A stretch of DNA of 64,000 bases, taken from positions 46,149 to 110,148 of the forward strand of contig JAGOPD010000002.1 of the NCBI GenBank assembly GCA_017992175.1, read 5' to 3'. The notes beneath the pieces are model-generated. The model made no database searches. It was not told where the DNA came from and was given only the letters and a program-made list of their open reading frames with translations. Source of the DNA: Candidatus Saccharicenans sp. (GTDB taxonomy: Bacteria > Acidobacteriota > Aminicenantia > Aminicenantales > Saccharicenantaceae). Positions 61,644-64,000 of this stretch are shown piece by piece (within the stretch, counting starts at the first letter, position 1; every line of letters starts with the position of its first letter). The position numbers and the translations under genes were made by a program.

Positions 61644-62723
61644 ATGAAGACTTATACCCTCGGCCACTTGAGAAAGAGAATTGACAGATTCCCCTCTATT
61701 AAATTGATTTCCGGTCCTACGCCTCTTTATTCGCTTGAAAGATTGACTGAGAAACTGGGCGGCCCGGAGATATGGATAAAAAGAGATGATTTGACCGGGC
61801 TGGCTTTAGGCGGCAATAAATCAAGAAAGCTGGAATTTATCGTGGCCGATGCTTTGAGAAAGGGCGCCGATACCATCATCACCTGGGGTGCTTTACAATC
61901 TAACTGGTGTCTGCAGCTGGCGGCAGCTGCCAGGAAAGCCGGGCTTAGGCCAGTCCTGCTTCTGTTTAAAAGCTATGACTTGCCATCGCTCTACGAGGGC
62001 AATGTCTTTTTGGAATATCTACTTGAGACTCAAATCGAGATCAAAGAATCAGAAGAAAAAGGCAAGTCACTTAATCAGGCTAAGGCTTTTGAACTGCTGG
62101 AAGAAATGGCAGACCGGGAAAGAGCTAAAGGTTATCATCCCTATCTCGTCTCGGTCGGTGGTTCGGCCCCGGGAGGGCAGCTGGAACAGCCACTGGGTGC
62201 TCTGTCCTATTTTCAAGCGATGCTGGAAATATATGAGCAAACAGCTGGCCGGGGAGGCCCGCCTGATTGGATCGTTATTGCTTCTGGCTCAGGCGGAACT
62301 CAGGCTGGTCTGCTGGCCGGAGTCAAGGCCCTGGGGCTTAAGACCAGAGTAGCTGGAATCTGCGTTTCTGATTCAAAAGAAGAATTTTCCCCGGTGGTTA
62401 AACAAATAACCCTGGATCTGGTCAAAACGCTTGGCCTCGACCTTCAAATTGATAACGATGACCTCATTCTTTTTGATCAATATCTGGGAGCTGGTTATGG
62501 GCGGATAACGGCTGAAATAACCGGAGTTATAAGAGAACTTTTTAAAGAAGAAGCTCTGGTTCTGGATCCGGTCTATACAGCTAAAGCCATGCTCGGGCTC
62601 ATTGACCTGGTCAAACATAAATATTTTTCGCCTGCCGAGAAAATCTTATTCATTCACACTGGCGGTACGCCAGCTCTTTTTGCTTTTAAAGATTATATTA
62701 TGTCCTGCCTGGCTGGCTGCTAA
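61644..62723 (+). CDS. PLP-dependent ACC deaminase / D-cysteine desulfhydrase family enzyme
   Basis: GGNKSRKLEFIVADALRKGADTIITWGALQSNW is the family signature around the PLP lysine. Confidence 0.85.
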   Translation: MKTYTLGHLRKRIDRFPSIKLISGPTPLYSLERLTEKLGGPEIWIKRDDLTGLALGGNKSRKLEFIVADALRKGADTIITWGALQSNWCLQLAAAARKAGLRPVLLLFKSYDLPSLYEGNVFLEYLLETQIEIKESEEKGKSLNQAKAFELLEEMADRERAKGYHPYLVSVGGSAPGGQLEQPLGALSYFQAMLEIYEQTAGRGGPPDWIVIASGSGGTQAGLLAGVKALGLKTRVAGICVSDSKEEFSPVVKQITLDLVKTLGLDLQIDNDDLILFDQYLGAGYGRITAEITGVIRELFKEEALVLDPVYTAKAMLGLIDLVKHKYFSPAEKILFIHTGGTPALFAFKDYIMSCLAGC

Positions 62724-62736
62724 GCCTGGCCGCTGT

Positions 62737-63927
62737 TCAGTTCATAATCTTCTCAAACAGGCTATCAACTTCTCCCAGCCGGGCTTGATAATAGTCCTGG
62801 CTTCTGGTAGCTGGAAGTTCAGCCGCTTTAAGACCATGGCCGGTCAGGATGAGAACGCTCCGGCCAGAAAATCTTTCTTTTAATTTGAGATAGGCGGCCA
62901 GGGTAGTAGCGGCCTCGGGCTGAACGAATAGGCCTTCTTTTAGAGTCAGTAATTTTTGAGCTTCAAACATTTCCTGATCGCTAACACTGACCAGCTGTCC
63001 ATTATTCTCTTTGATGATTTTTAAAACCAGATTACCGGCCGGCGGTTCCGGGTTGGAAATGGAATGAGCTAAGGTTTTGACTGATTCCAGCTTTTTGACC
63101 AGAGTTTCACCCTTAACCCAGGACTGGACAACAGGTGAACAGCCTTCAGCTTGAACTCCAATGAAGAGAGGGCAAGTCTCAATCAGTCCAGCCTGTTTTA
63201 GCTCGAGGAAACCTTTATAGAGTCCAACCAGGTGACCGCCTGAACTCAGGGGGACAAAAATGAAGTCCGGAGATTGTCCTAATTGCTGGCAGATTTCGAA
63301 GCTGGTAAGTTTGTAACCTTCAATCCTTAAAGGGTCAACGGAATTGGCAAAATATATTCCATATTTTTTCCCCAGCTCATAACTTTTATAGAACAGCTGC
63401 CCGTAATCACCCTCAACTTCAATTATAACCGGCCCGAAGACGGCTGAGGAAATTAAGGCTCCAGCTGAAGTTCCTTTTTTCACCAGTAAAAATGTCTGCA
63501 GGCCGCTGCGGGCGGCATAAGCAGCTGTTGAGGAAGCCATATTTCCAGTTGAAACAGTGCCTATCTTTTTTATCTTCATCTCAGTTAGTTTCTGAACCAC
63601 GACAGCTGTGCCTCTATCTTTAAAGCTCAGGGTAGGGTTAGCCGCTTCTAATTTAGCAAAAAGATTTTCCTGACTTAAGTATTTTTCCAGCCTGGACAGG
63701 CTGAGCAGGGGAGTGGAACCTTCCTGCAGGCTTAAATGTGGATCAACTCGTCGAAGAGGCAAAAACTCCTGATATTGCTGGAGAGCCAGCTTTTCACGGG
63801 GAAAAAGCCGGCTATGAGCCATCTGAGCCGGATCAAACACCAAAGGTTGATGGCATAGCGGGCATAAAATGTCATTTGGCTGGAAGGTACCCTGATAGGA
63901 GCAATATAAGCATTTCATCTCGTTCAT
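62737..63927 (-). CDS. thrC: Threonine synthase (with N-terminal Cys4 zinc ribbon)
   Basis: SFKDRG PLP-lysine motif and an N-terminal CLYC...CPLC. Confidence 0.8.
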   Translation of the reverse strand: MNEMKCLYCSYQGTFQPNDILCPLCHQPLVFDPAQMAHSRLFPREKLALQQYQEFLPLRRVDPHLSLQEGSTPLLSLSRLEKYLSQENLFAKLEAANPTLSFKDRGTAVVVQKLTEMKIKKIGTVSTGNMASSTAAYAARSGLQTFLLVKKGTSAGALISSAVFGPVIIEVEGDYGQLFYKSYELGKKYGIYFANSVDPLRIEGYKLTSFEICQQLGQSPDFIFVPLSSGGHLVGLYKGFLELKQAGLIETCPLFIGVQAEGCSPVVQSWVKGETLVKKLESVKTLAHSISNPEPPAGNLVLKIIKENNGQLVSVSDQEMFEAQKLLTLKEGLFVQPEAATTLAAYLKLKERFSGRSVLILTGHGLKAAELPATRSQDYYQARLGEVDSLFEKIMN

Positions 63928-64000
63928 GATTATTTCCTTAGGCTTCTCACTAAAAAAAGTTTAGTTAATTCAGGAGCGGATGTAAAGATGACTGATCTCT

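Noticed and set aside
1-64000. I searched for CRISPR arrays, IS or transposase or integrase genes, tRNA/rRNA genes, prophage genes, toxin-antitoxin pairs and known defence-system signatures.
   Set aside because: I saw none:
- no short direct-repeat/spacer pattern;
- no recombinase-like ORF;
- no tRNA-like GTTCGA-type arm in the intergenic regions;
- every long ORF has a metabolic, envelope or transport explanation.

Composition looks uniform by eye. I could not compute GC skew or k-mer statistics.

Overview
The window is 64 kb of densely coding bacterial chromosome. I call about 52 CDS, including two small ORFs (53 aa and 46 aa) missing from the supplied track. The host looks diderm, because Omp85-type barrels and many Sec or Tat-like leaders are present. 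By eye I found no rRNA, tRNA, CRISPR array, transposase, integrase, or recognisable defence or toxin gene. Nothing here looks like a mobile island.

Layout:
- 1-20.6 kb is core housekeeping. It holds sucD-sucC-mdh-icd divergent from acnB, an SDR, an M23 peptidase, def-fmt and an OPT transporter. It ends with mreB-mreC-mreD-mrdA-rodA followed directly by a fused radical-SAM/DUF2344-type gene.
- 21-38 kb is a peptide-catabolic block. It holds three exported C69 Ntn-peptidases (two in tandem), an M24 peptidase, a POT transporter and a class IV aminotransferase behind a roughly 300-nt structured leader. It also holds a CBM9-like protein, a beta-lactamase-fold hydrolase, an M14/AstE-AspA-like enzyme, a DctM-like permease and an SPL-type radical SAM.
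- 38-64 kb is mixed. It holds a 1021-aa HEXXH-peptidase/beta-propeller/Omp85-barrel fusion and an MFS + Gfo/Idh/MocA + TIM-barrel/DUF1080 operon. It holds PilZ, DUF2207, DUF4342 and DUF2892 proteins, plus GH20 and GH127 glycosidases. It holds a two-gene flavo-iron-sulfur dehydrogenase and an exported rhodanese + CXXC micro-protein + membrane 4Fe-4S module. It ends with a POTRA-less Omp85 barrel, a Tat-leader FucI/AraA-like protein, an ACC-deaminase/D-Cys-desulfhydrase-family enzyme and thrC.

The best candidates for something undescribed are:
- the surface-anchored protease fusion at 38454-41519;
- the seven-gene permease/peptidase/radical-SAM operon at 30561-38305;
- the structured leader at 27057-27390;
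- the rhodanese/CXXC/4Fe-4S module at 56727-58708.

All family assignments come from motif and sequence recognition by eye. No database search, alignment statistic or RNA folding was run, so every functional call beyond the core genes needs HMM or structure confirmation.
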